Assembly: GCA_043228905.1 (NCBI GenBank)
Contig: JBHGNT010000014.1
Span: forward strand, 9,734,001 to 9,798,000
DNA from: Azolla caroliniana
Lineage: Eukaryota > Plantae > Polypodiophyta
Direction of reading: 5' to 3'
DNA: 64,000 nucleotides
Shown here: one piece after another, positions 50,001 to 61,242 of the stretch
Position numbering within the stretch: position 1 is the stretch's first letter
Layout: each line of letters opens with the position of its first letter
Made by a program: the position numbers and the translations under genes
Notes under the pieces: model-generated
Databases searched by the model: none
What the model saw: only the letters and a program-made list of their open reading frames with translations
What the model was told of the DNA's origin: nothing

Positions 50001-52505
50001 ATCGTCAATAAAACTGACGAAGTAAGAGGCACCGCCTAGAGACTGATGCGGCATTGGGCCACAGACGTCCGAATGGACTAAATCAAGAGGTCTCGTTTCT
50101 CTTGGTGCTGATGTCGGGTGTGATGCGGCTGCTTGTTTGCCATACTGGCAATGCTCGCAGAATTGATGGTCGGAGAAGGAGAGTTTGGGGATGTATCCGG
50201 CTCTAGATAGGTGCGTGATGCCGGCCTTGCTGAGGTGTCCTAATCTTCGGTGCCATAGTGAAGACACAGGAATATCCACCAAAAACAGGTTACCCTCTCT
50301 GAGCGTAACATGTAACGGATACAGGGAGTGTATCTTAGGTCCTCTAGCAAGCAGGAGGTTCCCCCTGTGGAGTGTCCACCCTCCCGAAGAAAAACCGGCA
50401 CGAATGCCGTCTTCATCTAGTTGTCCGACTGAGATCAATGGCCTTGAGAGCTCGGGTACATGTCGGACATTGTGGAGTACAAGTGTAGAGCCACCTGCAA
50501 GGTTGAGCTCTACTGTGCCGATTCCGATGATGTCACAGTGTTGTGAGTTGCCGACCCGAACTGAGTCGGAGTGACGGATCGTATATTGCCGAAATTGGGA
50601 CCGATGAGGAGTCACATGAAATGACGCGCCCGAATCCAAGAGCCATGTGCTCGATTCTTCAGTCGTGAGCAGAACTTCTGATCCGACTGGATTTTCGATT
50701 GATAGTATATTCGGGTCGTCCGGTAGTACATCAGCTGAGGAGCTGACGTAATTGATCTCCTCATGCCGGCCACTCTTCTTGTTGTTCTTGTTCTTGAGTG
50801 CGCGGCAGTCGGCTTTGATGTGTCCGGGTTTCTTGCAATAGTTGCAGATTCGGTTATCCCGTGACTGGCTCCGTCTTCGCTGATTGTTCGGCGGTCGTGA
50901 GGAATCTCTTCCTCGTATGTTCGATCGGTCTGTCGAACCTTGTACTACGTAAGCGTCGTCTGTTGAGTCTTTGGCGAAAGACTTTCTCCGAGCTGCTTCG
51001 GTCAGGATTGCGCTCGTGACTTCGGAGTATTTAACAGCCGTGGTTGACGCGTTGCACACGGTTGTGACGAAAGTTTCCCATGATGAGGGAAGGCTGCTCA
51101 TGAGTATCATTGCTCTGAGTTCATCCTCGATTGCCGTCCCCTGTGACGAGATTTGGGAGCTTATGCTTTCGTACTCATTGAGGTGTGCTTGAACCGAATC
51201 GGATTCTTTCATCCGCAAGTTGTAGAGGCGCCGGATCAGAAACATCTTCGTTGCGGCGACCTTCTTTTCGTAAGTGTCCGACAGTGTTTTCCACAGTTCG
51301 AATGCTGTCGTACACGATTGCACCGTAAAGTATACCGATTCCGATAGGTGCATCCGAATCGTGGCGCGGACGATTCTGTCCAGCTTCTGCCACTCCATTG
51401 GTTTGTATCCTTCTGGAGGTTCTTCATTTTCGATGGGATCGATTTGTCCCTTGACTATGAGATAGTCCTGCATTTGTTCCTTCCAGAAGTTGAAGTTCGA
51501 TCCATCGAACTTTCGTAGACTCATTTCTGACGAGCCGGATGTTGATGCCATCAAATTCGGTTTCGGTTGACGAAGCTCGGTTCGGAGTTGACTACGAACC
51601 TTGTTGGAGTGCAGCCGGTTGGCTCACCCGATATCGTTCTAGTCGGATTTGAACCCGAGTCGGTTCGGCTTCGGAACTTGCTCGAATTGACTCCGGTAGC
51701 TTGAGGGACAGAACCGACTGGTCTTCCCGAATGTTGCCGAGTCGGAGTGAGCCCGGTTCGCTTCGGATATATGTGCCGAATACCGATTATTGAAACCGAT
51801 TATCTGGACCGATTCTGCTTCGGGTGGCTGCAGCGACGAGAGAGACAGATCCAACTGATCCTCTCGAATGTCGATCAGCCGGATGAAGCACGAATTGGGG
51901 TTGTTGTCTTGAGACCGATCTGCACCGAGTGGTTACAACGAGCGGCGTTTGATTACCTCTTCGGATGCCGTTTAACCGAATGGAGCACGATCGTGTCAAT
52001 GATGCACAAGGGGATTTCACCTCGAGCGGTTACGATCACAACGAACAGAGTACGACCTGATGGCTTACTCCAAGCAAGATGATCTAACGCAATGAGATGC
52101 AAACCTGGTTTTTCTTCTTCTTCTCTCTTCTTCGAATGACGCAGGAAACCGAATGCAGAGACGACGGCCGACAGCGGATTGAAGGACCGACTACTGTGCA
52201 GGCTCTGATACCAGATGTTGGAAGCAATGTCGTCAATGCGGAAGATCAAGAAGCACTCGATTCCTGTTTATTCCCTGTGTATGACAGTTTCTATGTCGTT
52301 GCACAGAGAGAGAGAGAGAGAGAGAGAGAGGCACAAAAGAGTCTTTATTTCATAAAGAAGAATAATACAACAACCCAACCTCACAAAGAGGTTACAAGGT
52401 CACTATATATAGTGACCGACTTAGGGCAACTACCCTTTATGCTAATTACATAAATGGCCGAAACGGGATGGTGTGAATACGTCCATTATACACATGTATT
52501 CGACA
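47057..52505 (-). mobile_element. Intact, very recent Ty1/Copia; TSD CCGAC
   Basis: LTRs 52216-52505 (290 bp) and 47057-47344 (288 bp) appear identical except for one AG unit. Met-i PBS 52201-52213; PPT next to 47345; CCGAC at 47052-47056 and 52506-52510. Confidence 0.98.
47538..51551 (-). CDS. Copia Gag-Pol polyprotein (1337 aa): Gag, CCHC, PR, INT, RT, RH
   Basis: Uninterrupted ORF with CNYCKKPGHIKADC, WLLDSGASFH, HSDVCGP..TDNGGEF..NGIAER, YVDDML, YTDSDFAG..TTEAEY..SDSQGA..NVADGMTK. Confidence 0.97.
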   Translation of the reverse strand: MASTSGSSEMSLRKFDGSNFNFWKEQMQDYLIVKGQIDPIENEEPPEGYKPMEWQKLDRIVRATIRMHLSESVYFTVQSCTTAFELWKTLSDTYEKKVAATKMFLIRRLYNLRMKESDSVQAHLNEYESISSQISSQGTAIEDELRAMILMSSLPSSWETFVTTVCNASTTAVKYSEVTSAILTEAARRKSFAKDSTDDAYVVQGSTDRSNIRGRDSSRPPNNQRRRSQSRDNRICNYCKKPGHIKADCRALKNKNNKKSGRHEEINYVSSSADVLPDDPNILSIENPVGSEVLLTTEESSTWLLDSGASFHVTPHRSQFRQYTIRHSDSVRVGNSQHCDIIGIGTVELNLAGGSTLVLHNVRHVPELSRPLISVGQLDEDGIRAGFSSGGWTLHRGNLLLARGPKIHSLYPLHVTLREGNLFLVDIPVSSLWHRRLGHLSKAGITHLSRAGYIPKLSFSDHQFCEHCQYGKQAAASHPTSAPRETRPLDLVHSDVCGPMPHQSLGGASYFVSFIDDSTRKVWAYPIRTKDRVFSIFTDWLAMVENQTDRKLKCLRTDNGGEFKSDEFVKFCRQRGIRREFTAPHSPEQNGIAERMNRTIQERIVSMLQHSGLSDGFWAEALLTAVHIINMSPSRPLGLQIPQELWIGSKPNYDKLRIFGCEAYALIPKDDRRKLAPRSRKCIFLGYGSDDEMGYRLWDPERRQIVRSSDVVFNESAMTPSVEKPIEVRRVTFSDVPTLQEGPALNTRSAPRVAEPYTTDSDNSDSAQPNDSVSDHPTSIPDATSPIIPRRSERLSQPPERYSPGIFFTDAGEPTSYEEASTSVDSATWHLAMESEMHSIRANKTWDLVELPRNRRALPCKWVYRLKETSDSTTPKYKARLVAKGFRQEYGVDFDEIFSPVVKMTTLRFLLGVVAADNLELIQLDVKTAFLHGDLEEEIYMEQPKGFVATGQEHLVCRLRKSLYGLKQAPRQWYKKFDDFIQSIGFSKSDEDHCLFTNTAQDGSPIFLIIYVDDMLISGRHAGELADLVRQLRLKFAMKDLGPARHILGMKISRHRDKRHLFLSQTDYIGRVLERFNMQSAKSASTPLPMNLRLSQRDCPTSGSEGEDVKSVPYAPAVGSLMYLMVATRPDISHAVGVVSRFMHNPGRSHWNAVKHVFRYLAGTKDHGILFGPNRTSGVVGYTDSDFAGCIDSRKSTTGYCFKFGNGAISWKSKLQECTATSTTEAEYVAASDAAKEALWLGRLAHTFRQVDHDSAPVVYSDSQGAVALSKNPVHHNASKHIDVRYHFVRDCVISGKIGLEKISTTDNVADGMTKCLSADRFRSLRHQMGVTTNQSG

Positions 52506-53809
52506 CCGACCCAATATCGTCAACTGATCAGGAGCCTCATCTATCTCACGATCACTCGACCCAACCTTAGCTATCCAGTCGGACTCCTTAGCCAATTCAT
52601 GCAAACTCTGCGAGATATCCATTTCGATTGCGCTAAGCGAGTATTACGATACGTGAGTGGCACAATGGATTACGGTGTTCTCTATGCATTGGCCACACCA
52701 ATATGACTCGAAGGGTACACAGACGCGAACTGGGCAGGCTACAAAGCTTATCAACGATCGACCTCCGGATTTGTCTTTTGACTTGATATCTTGGAGTAGT
52801 AAGAAGCAGCCTACTATCGCACTTTCAAGTACGGAGGCCGAATACAAGGGCGCAGCCATAGCTGCATGTGAAGGCGTATGGCTCAAGAGGATTTTGAAGG
52901 ATCTGGGCGTTCCCATCAAGGATCCGACTCCCATTTACTGCGACAACATGAGCAGTATATATCTGGCTCGGAACCTGGTGTTCCATGCACACACAAAGCA
53001 TATCTAAGTGCACTATCACTTTATTCGAGAGCGTGTACAGGTCGAGGATGTCGATCTTCTACACATCAACACGAATCTTCAGACAACTGACATCTTCACC
53101 AAGGCCCTAGGAGCCGACAAGCTTCGGCAATTGATGTCAGACCTCGGATTGACAATCCCTGACTTGTAAAGCTTGAGGGGGAGTACAAGTGAGAACCGGA
53201 TACCGTCCAAACCGGGTACGAGCCAAAGCGAACACCGGAGATCGTCCAAACCGGATACCAACCGAAGCGGACATCAACCGAAAGGAACCGACCCGATTTG
53301 AGCTTGAGGGGGCGTGTTGAGAATCAAGCTCAACATAGTGTAACGTGTGAACCACCCTTTGAGCATCCATGAGCACTCAAAGGTCAAGAGTCATACCACT
53401 CTCTACACATTAAACTATGTGTCATAGAATCATATTCTGTGACACATAACTAATGGGTTCCACATTCCCCATGACCATAAGACTTCACATTCCTCAAGGC
53501 TCTAGTGAGAGAATGGATGTTGTCGTGAGTAAATGAAGAGAGAGGGTGACCGTATATAAAGCACCCTCCTCCTACTTCATATCAAGTCGGTTGTGACTCC
53601 TTGTAATGCTACAATTTTGTATCTATATTCTACTTGTGAAATATACACCTTCTTCTTGAGTATTTTATTTCTCTTGCTTATTTATCTTGTGCTCTCTTCT
53701 CTCCTCTATTTTTTCTCACACACAAACACACATATCTATTCCGTTGCACAAGAATCACCATCGATTCTTTGCACATATCTATCAAAAATCCTCTATCAAG
53801 GTAGACATA

Positions 53810-54800
53810 GTTGATGGATGTTTAGCCTCTCATTTTGGAGTGTTATAGAGGATGTTGAGTGTTTTGGTATATCTATTTCCATGGATTTACATGTAATGCT
53901 CCTTAAAGGGTCATCTTGTTCCTTAGTGCTAGTAAGACCTTGGATGCAAGAATTATATGTAATACAAGATTGGAGTAGGATGAACTTATCACCATCGAAG
54001 AGGTTTAACATCTTCTATGAGAAGGAAGCATCTATCGACCATGGAAATCAAGAAGAGAAAACCATAACAAGTGATGAATCTTCGTGGGATAGAGAAAAGA
54101 AATTGTTCCACATGGTGTGTAAGGATGAAGGAGAAGTCATTGAAGATGACATTATCACTTTAAAAGGAAAAAAAAAAGGTGATGATTTCAAATGAGGTCC
54201 ACGGAGAAGCGAATCTAAGGTTTATTTGTCTTCTTTCTAAGTTTCCAAAGTTAATCATAAATGACTATTCACATATAAGAGGAGAAGGTCTCAAGTACTA
54301 CATCAACTTGAAGGAAAGTGTACCAATTGCCCAAAAGCTTCAACGATTGGAGATTGTGCAAAAGGAAGACCTTATAACAAAGTTCAAAGCATTGTCTCAA
54401 GCAAGTTTCATTTATCATATGGAGGATTTGAAGTGTGTCTCACCTAGTGGTTCCAAAGAAGAATGACATTGACTTCAAACCCTTGAATGACTCAACCAAT
54501 CGGATCAACTTTCACTTCATTTTCGAGATGAGATTCTAGATGAAATAGTCGTATATACAAGACAGGGTAATGTGGAGAATGTGGTGTGCCAAGAAGGAAT
54601 TCATGTTGATGCAGCAAAGATCGAAGTAATTCAAAAGGTGATAACTCCAACAAGTCTCAAAACTTTGAAGGTATTTGTGCAAAAAGTTCGCTCGCTTGAA
54701 AGGTTTATTCATATGTTGGCATGCCTACTTCTATCAAGAACTATGTATCGCATGGCCCTATTTGTGTTTGGAGAGTTGACAAAAACATAATAATTGTGGT
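53810..54800 (+). mobile_element. Highly decayed Gypsy pol remnant
   Basis: LVRPWMQELYVIQDW (protease end), PIAQKLQRL (RT start), GIHVDAAKIEVIQ (RT end). Confidence 0.6.
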
Positions 54801-55734
54801 AACCTCTTTCTTTGTATTGACAAGGAGAAAGATGGTAATGGACATTGTGAATGTGTGTTTGTGTCTAGGATTGTGAGAATTTTTTCTTATCGCTTAACGG
54901 GGTTTTTTTCTCACACAATAATTTGGTATATTTTTAGTATTTATACTCCTTTTTCTATAGCCTACCATAATGCGAAGGAGTTTTTTCATTTTCTTTTTTT
55001 TAGGCTCACCATAAATGGTTCACTCAACAAGCAAGGAGGGGGGCTAAATGTGAAGTCAATTTTTGCTCGTAAGGAAATACCATGGCAAATACATCGGATA
55101 CTAAGGTGTATAAGAATAAAGCACAATATGAAAGGTTCAAGAGTCAAAGGACGAATGAAATTGAAGGGATATGAAGTTAGAGGCGTTTTTCCAAAAGTAG
55201 AAAAAGCAGGAAAAAAAGAAAAAAAGAAAAACACATAAAAAAGGCAAAGAAAAAAGCTCATAACTTCTTCATCTCATATCCAAATTTCAAAAGAAAAGAT
55301 TTGTAAGAAAGCTGACAAAGAGAGCTTTCTTGTATGACAAATGTGGATAACAAAACAAAAATAATGATATGAAAAATGCATCACACAAACTCGAGGATAT
55401 GTAGAAAGAAAAGAAAAGAAAAAAGCAAGAATAATGCAACTAAAAACCTATAAATATGAGGGTATTCTTAGCAATTGGGAGAGACATGAGGAGGAATCAA
55501 AGATCTACAAGAATAAGTGAGGAAGAATAAGAAGATTAGAAGAATTGAGAAGACGATTAGTAGAAGAAAGAGAGAAGAAGGAAAGACTATTTTACTAATA
55601 GTATATTGAAGTAGTTATTTGGGGTTGTTACTTTTCGAGTCTAAGAGGATTGTATTCTTTTCTTAATAGTATATTGCAGTATTCTTTTCTCTTCCTCTTC
55701 TCTTCTCTATCCTTTTTCTCTCTCTCCTCATCAC

Positions 55735-57540
55735 ATGACAATCATGGATTATGTTGGAAAATTTAGGAAAATTGTGGATGATTTGGCATTGATAGATTGT
55801 ATTGTGGATGATGATGATATTGTGTGTGTATGTTTGAAAGGATTGCCATCAAACTTTAATATATTTAAAACATCCATTTATGTTGCTAGAATACCATCAT
55901 TTGATGAGTTGATTCCTAAGTTGCTACAAGAAGAACATATTACAAGTTCATCAAAGATTGTAAGGATTGGAATGAACACCCATCCTTCTATGCTAATAGA
56001 GGAAAATCTCTAAGAGGAGGAGAAGGAAGGTGGCAACAACAAGGAAGAAATCAAGCTCGTGGAAGATGGCAACAACAAGGAAGAAATCAAGCTCGTGGAA
56101 GATGGCAACAACAAGGAAGAAATCAAGCTCGTGGAAGATGGCAAAATGAACAAATTTACAATGAAAATAAACAAGAAAATTAGAACTACAATAACAATAA
56201 TAATAGAGGGAGTGGGAGAATGCAACGAGGACAAAAGTTTCAGAATAATCAAGGTAATTTTCAAGGCAATTCAGCCTCAACTATTAAGTGTTTTTATTGT
56301 AATAAGATTGGGCATCATGTGCAAGACTATTGGATTTGACAAAGTGATATAAAGAATGGAAAATATAGTGAAAGTAATTATGCATCCAATAGTATTACTC
56401 AAGTAGATGAACATGATGAGAATACATGTGATAAAAATGCACTTGCAGTTACAATTGCTAAGAATGCAAATGATGCTTGGTATCTTAATTCTGGTTTTTC
56501 AAATCACATGACTGGAGATTGTGGTTTGTTTGATGCAACAAAGAGTTCGTCCACTCCAATAGAAATGTGTATGGGTGATGATACATGTTATGATGTAAAA
56601 AGTCGTGGAGATGTTCAATTGCATTTGTTGAATGACACGTCTAAAAAGTTAAAAGATGTGTGGTATGTACCTGATGTTAAAAAGAATTTAATTTCTATTG
56701 GATGTATTGTTTAATAAGTATGGATGTACAATAACAAGTTCAAACACAAGAGAAGTGGTTGTAACTATAAGAAAAGTAGGATGAATGTTTATATTGAATG
56801 ACACAGAAAAGAAAAGCATGATTGCAAATGAAAAAAATGAGTTTGAGTTGTGGCATAAAAGGTTGGGACATGTGAGTGCAAAAAGATTGCTAAATATGAG
56901 TAATAATGATTTAGTTCATGGATTGTCAAAGTTTAATAGAGATTGTGCTCTACCTTTTGTGAGTTGTGTTGTAAAGCAAAGTTCACAAGGACGGTAACTT
57001 TCAAGCATCCATTGGAGTTGGTTCATACAGACGTTTGGGGTCCTTAATAAGTAACAAGCATTGGAGGATCACATTATTTTGTAACATTCATTCAGGATTA
57101 TTATCGAATGGTGTGTATATACTTTGTAAAAAATAAAAGTGACGTTTTTACAAAGTTCATTGAATTCAAGAAAATGGTAGAAAATCAATGCAATAGAAAA
57201 ATTAAAATGCTTCGAAGTGATAGAGGAACTAAGTATATGTCAAATGAATTTGATAACTTCTTAAAAGAAAATGGTATCATAAGGCAAGTCACACCTAGAT
57301 ACACTCCTCAAATTAATGGAGTAGCATAAAGGAAAAATAGACATATACTAGAGACAACTAGAGCTATGTTATCTAAAGTAAATTTGTCAAAAAGGTTTTG
57401 GGCCAATGCTTGTCACTATGCAATGACTTTGATAAATAGAATGCCAATAGCCATAATTGGTAACAATACTCCTTATGAATTGTTTTATAATAAAAAGGCT
57501 TGAGTTGATACATTAAAAGTTTTTGGATGTATTTGCTATA
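55735..57540 (+). mobile_element. Decayed AT-rich Copia gag-PR-INT fragment
   Basis: CLKGLPSNFNIF, AWYLNSGFSNHMTG, LWHKRLGH, RSDRGTKY..YTPQINGVA. Confidence 0.85.
56031..56144 (+). repeat. 36-bp perfect tandem repeat x3
   Basis: TGGCAACAACAAGGAAGAAATCAAGCTCGTGGAAGA at 56031, 56067 and 56103. Confidence 0.95.
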
Positions 57541-60095
57541 CTATTGCAAGAAGCCTGGACATGTTAAAGCCAATTGTCGCACCCTCAAAGCCAAGAATGA
57601 TAAAGTTTGGCGGGCTTATCAGAAGGGTAGTTGGCATGAGGAGGTTAACTACATCGGCTCATCAGTTGAAATACTGATAGATGATCCAAACATCTTGTTT
57701 ATAGAGAACTCAGTCAAATCAGAAGTTCTACTTACAACTGAGGAATCGAGCACATGGCTCTTGGATTTGGGAGCATCCTACAACATGACCCCTCATTGAT
57801 CCCAATTTCCGAAATATTCAGCCTAGCATTCTGACTCAGTCCGAGTCGAAAATTCGTAGCACTGCATTATAGTTGGAAACGACATTGTAGAGCTCAACCT
57901 TCCGGGTGGTTTTACACTAGTGTTACACAATGTTTGACATGTACCTGAGCTCTCAAGACCATTGATCTCAGTCAAACAACTTGATGAAGACGGCATATGT
58001 GTCGGCTTCTCATCATGAGGGTGGACACTCCACAAGATGAACCTCTTGTTTGCTTGAGGCCCTGCTTACAACAATACGCATAATTAATATGTCACCGAGC
58101 AGGCCTCTAGGGCTTCAAATACCTCAGGAATTATGGACTAGTAGTAAGCCGAATCACAAAAAGCTGAGGATTTTCGAATGTGAGGCATACACCCTCAGAC
58201 CGAAAGACGATCGCCGAAAGCTTGAACCAAGGTCCAGGAAATGATTTCCATGGCTATGGACCACACAGTGAAATCGGATAATGACTCTAGGACCCAGAGA
58301 AGGAACATATCATCCGAAGTTCGGACGTTGTCTTCAATGAGTCGGTCATACACAAGACGGCCAAAAGGCCTATTGAAGTTCGAATGGTAACTTTCTCAAA
58401 AGTGTCAGCCCTTCATGACGGCCCAGCCCAAAACACGAGGTCAGCTTCACGACTCAGATACGCAATCCGGCTAGCCCAATCATACCCAAGAAGATCAGAA
58501 AGACTGTCACATCCTCCAGAGAGGTACTCTCCCAGAATCTTCTTCACGGACGTTGGCAAGCCGACATTATACGAAGAAGCATCGGCGTCGGCCGATTCGG
58601 CAACATGGCATCTAGCAATGGAGTCAAAGATGAACTTCATTTGGCAAAATAAGACTTGGGACCTGGTCGAACTACCGAAAAATCACATGCTCTTCCGTGC
58701 AAGTGGGTCTATAGATTAAAAGAGACGATTGATTTGACCAACCCAAAATTCAAGGCAAGATTAGTAGTGAAAGGGTTCGGACATGAATATGACGTTGATT
58801 TAGATGAGATCTTCTTACCAATGGTGAAATTGACGACCCTTCTTCATTTCATGCTCGGCATCGTGGTAGTCGAGGATTTGGACCTGATACAGTTAGATGT
58901 CAAAACGGCCTTCCTCCATGGTGACCTAGAGGAGGAGATTTATATGGAGCAGTTGAAAGGTTTTGTGGTAATCGGCCAGGAACATCTAGTATGCTGGCTC
59001 AGGAAGAGTCTATACAACTTGAAATAGGCATCTCGGCCCTGGTATAAGAAGTTCGATGACTTCATCCAATTGGTCGGCCTCTCCAAGCATGATGAAGACC
59101 ACAGTCTCTTCGCAAAAATATCTCGAGATGAGTCACCCATCTTCCTCATCATCTACGTGGACGACGTGCTACTCTCCGGCCGGCATGCTGGAGAGCTCGC
59201 CGAACTTATCCAACAACTACGGTTGAAGTTTTCCATGAAGGACTCAGTCCAACAAGACACATTTTGGGATGAAGATAAGTCAAATTCGGAATTCATGACA
59301 CCTATTCCTATCTCAAGTGGACTATATTGGACGTGTCTTAGAATGCTTCAACATGCAATCGACCAAATCTCGTGACTACCTGACATCCGGTCCAGAGGAG
59401 GAAACTATGAAGCCAGTACCATACGCACCAGTTGTCGGCTCCTTGATGTACGCGATGATCGCAATACGACCGAACTTAGCTCATGTCATAGGAGTCGTCC
59501 GCAGATTCATGCACAATCCCAATCGAATGCATTGTAACGCAGTGAAGCATGTGTTCAGATATTTTGTGCGCACAAAAGACAACGGTATCCTATTTAGCCC
59601 AACCGAGAATTCAGGCGTAGTCGGTTACACCGACTCGAACTTTGCCAACTGCTTAGACAACCGAAAATCAACAACCGGATATTTCTTTAAATTTGGCAAA
59701 GTACCAACCTCATAGAAGTTAAACTCCAAGAGTGCGTAGCCACTTCAACCACCGAAGCTGAATACGTAACCACATTCGATGCGACAAAGGAAGCTCTATG
59801 GCTTAGATGGTTGGCACACACATTTTGACAAGCTAATTCTGAGTCTACTCCATTTGTCTACAACGACAATCAAGGCGTCGTTGTTTTGTCCAAAATTCCA
59901 GTTCACTATAACACCTCGAAGCATATCGATGTTTGATATCACTTCGTTCGTGACTACATCATTTTTTAGAAGCTCGGCCTTGAGAAACTACCGACAACCG
60001 ACAATGTAGCAAATGGGATGATCAAGTGTATTTCGGCAAATCGTTTCTGGTCAGTTCAGCACCAGATGGGCGTTAAGAGAAATAGTCTGATTGAG
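57536..60095 (+). mobile_element. Decayed, internally deleted relative of the intact Copia at 47057-52505
   Basis: YCKKPGHVKANC, HEEVNY, SEVLLTTEESSTWLLD, INMSPSRPLGLQIPQELW, PPERYSP match the 1337-aa polyprotein. The integrase core is missing around 58050. Confidence 0.92.
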
Positions 60096-60138
60096 TAAGA
60101 CGTTCAAAATGGTTTCAGGCAATTGGCATCGACATTAC

Positions 60139-60620
60139 TATCACAAACATGACAACTGACATGTCAAGATTTGAACTCTTGACCTCTTGTATTATAATCA
60201 AGTGTTATATTCTAGCCAATACATTCAAATACATGATCAGTTATATATATCTTGGTAGATTATTAGTAGATTATCTATTTCAAGTTCTAGGAGTTTTTAG
60301 AAAGTTCTAGAACTAGAAGGTTCTAGAATATTCTCGCGAATTTTAATGCATGTACTTCGACTCATAGTATAAATACTTGTAACCTCCTTGGTCCATTTCA
60401 AGGGATTCAACACCAGTCATTGACACATCAATCTAGTATTCTCGTTTCATTCCATCTTGTCTCTGTCATCTCTGTCTTCAGGCTCTCATCTCGCTCACAA
60501 CTTCTCGAGTTCCTAACCTCATCACTTCTAGCTCCAAGTCGTAAGATGTCGCTCGTAGCCCATCATCATTGCCCCATCATTCGCGCTTCGTCCCAGTCCG
60601 CGCTTGGTGTGTCTGTGACA
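60139..60620 (+). mobile_element. Solo LTR, same family as 17628-18126, with degenerate antisense tRNA-like module, HSE array and TATA
   Basis: Reverse-complement homology to 17628-17870; ends GTGACA. Left edge (60139 or 60162) and TSD unresolved. Confidence 0.8.
60300..60375 (+). promoter_or_regulatory. Tandem perfect heat-shock elements upstream of TATA in the LTR
   Basis: GAAagTTCtaGAA (60300-60312), GAAggTTCtaGAAtaTTC (60316-60333), TATAAATA at 60368-60375. Confidence 0.75.
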
Positions 60621-60688
60621 GTTTGAATCCCCTCCAACTGGAAGCATCACCCGTCTTCGACATTGTCATTGCATCTAGAGTTGCCATC

Positions 60689-61242
60689 TGTAGAGAAATC
60701 ATTGCGGAATAGATCACAATAAACGAACTACGCGTTGAAATATGAATCACAAGAAATGCCAAAAAGACAAGATAAACATATGTGCACAGAGATTTACGTG
60801 GAAACCCTAAAACGGGGAAAACCACGAGAACTTATTCTTCACTATACAAGTAGTGGATATACAATAGCGAGAAGATTATAACACTCTCTCTAATTGCATC
60901 AGCCGCACAGGGCTCTTCACGTCTGTTGTTACAAACACAGCTATAGCGCAACTCACGCTTCTTCTCTCTCTTTATCTCACTCTCTGATTTCTGTACACTA
61001 TTCTGCTCCACGACACACTGTTCCACTAGTTAAAGTTTGCCCTAGTTACATATATACTTACGCAACTTTTCTGGCTATTTACATATGTAGCCCTCATGGG
61101 GCACACACAGACTATTTACAAATATAGTCTCCCGAGTTGGCTATTCACACGATTCCGGTTTCGGCCTCGGCCGATCGGCTCCTCAACTGTCGGCTTTCCA
61201 AACGGTCAGATCTTCCTCCCACTAGAGGGACATATCCCAACA
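60689..61242 (-). mobile_element. Solo Copia-type LTR (554 bp), TSD CCATC
   Basis: TGTAGAG...CCAACA; CCATC at 60684-60688 and 61243-61247; GATTTACGTGGAAACCC...GGGAAAACCACG motif. Confidence 0.88.

Larger units (their letters stand above)
41984..53798 (+). mobile_element. 3' half of an old Copia (RT-RH-PPT-3' LTR from 53315) hosting two nested insertions
   Basis: RT at 42422-43252 (KARLVAKG, LYGLKQAP, YVDD) rejoins 46999-47056 and 52511 onward as CKSVAATPLDRNLKLD...CKPTQYRQLIRSL. RH STEAEY; TTGAGGGGGCG|TGTTGAG at 53315. LTR 3' end approximate. Confidence 0.88.

Noticed and set aside
56031-56144. CRISPR-like 36-bp repeats
   Set aside because: Head-to-tail with no spacers, inside a eukaryotic Copia gag, and no cas genes.
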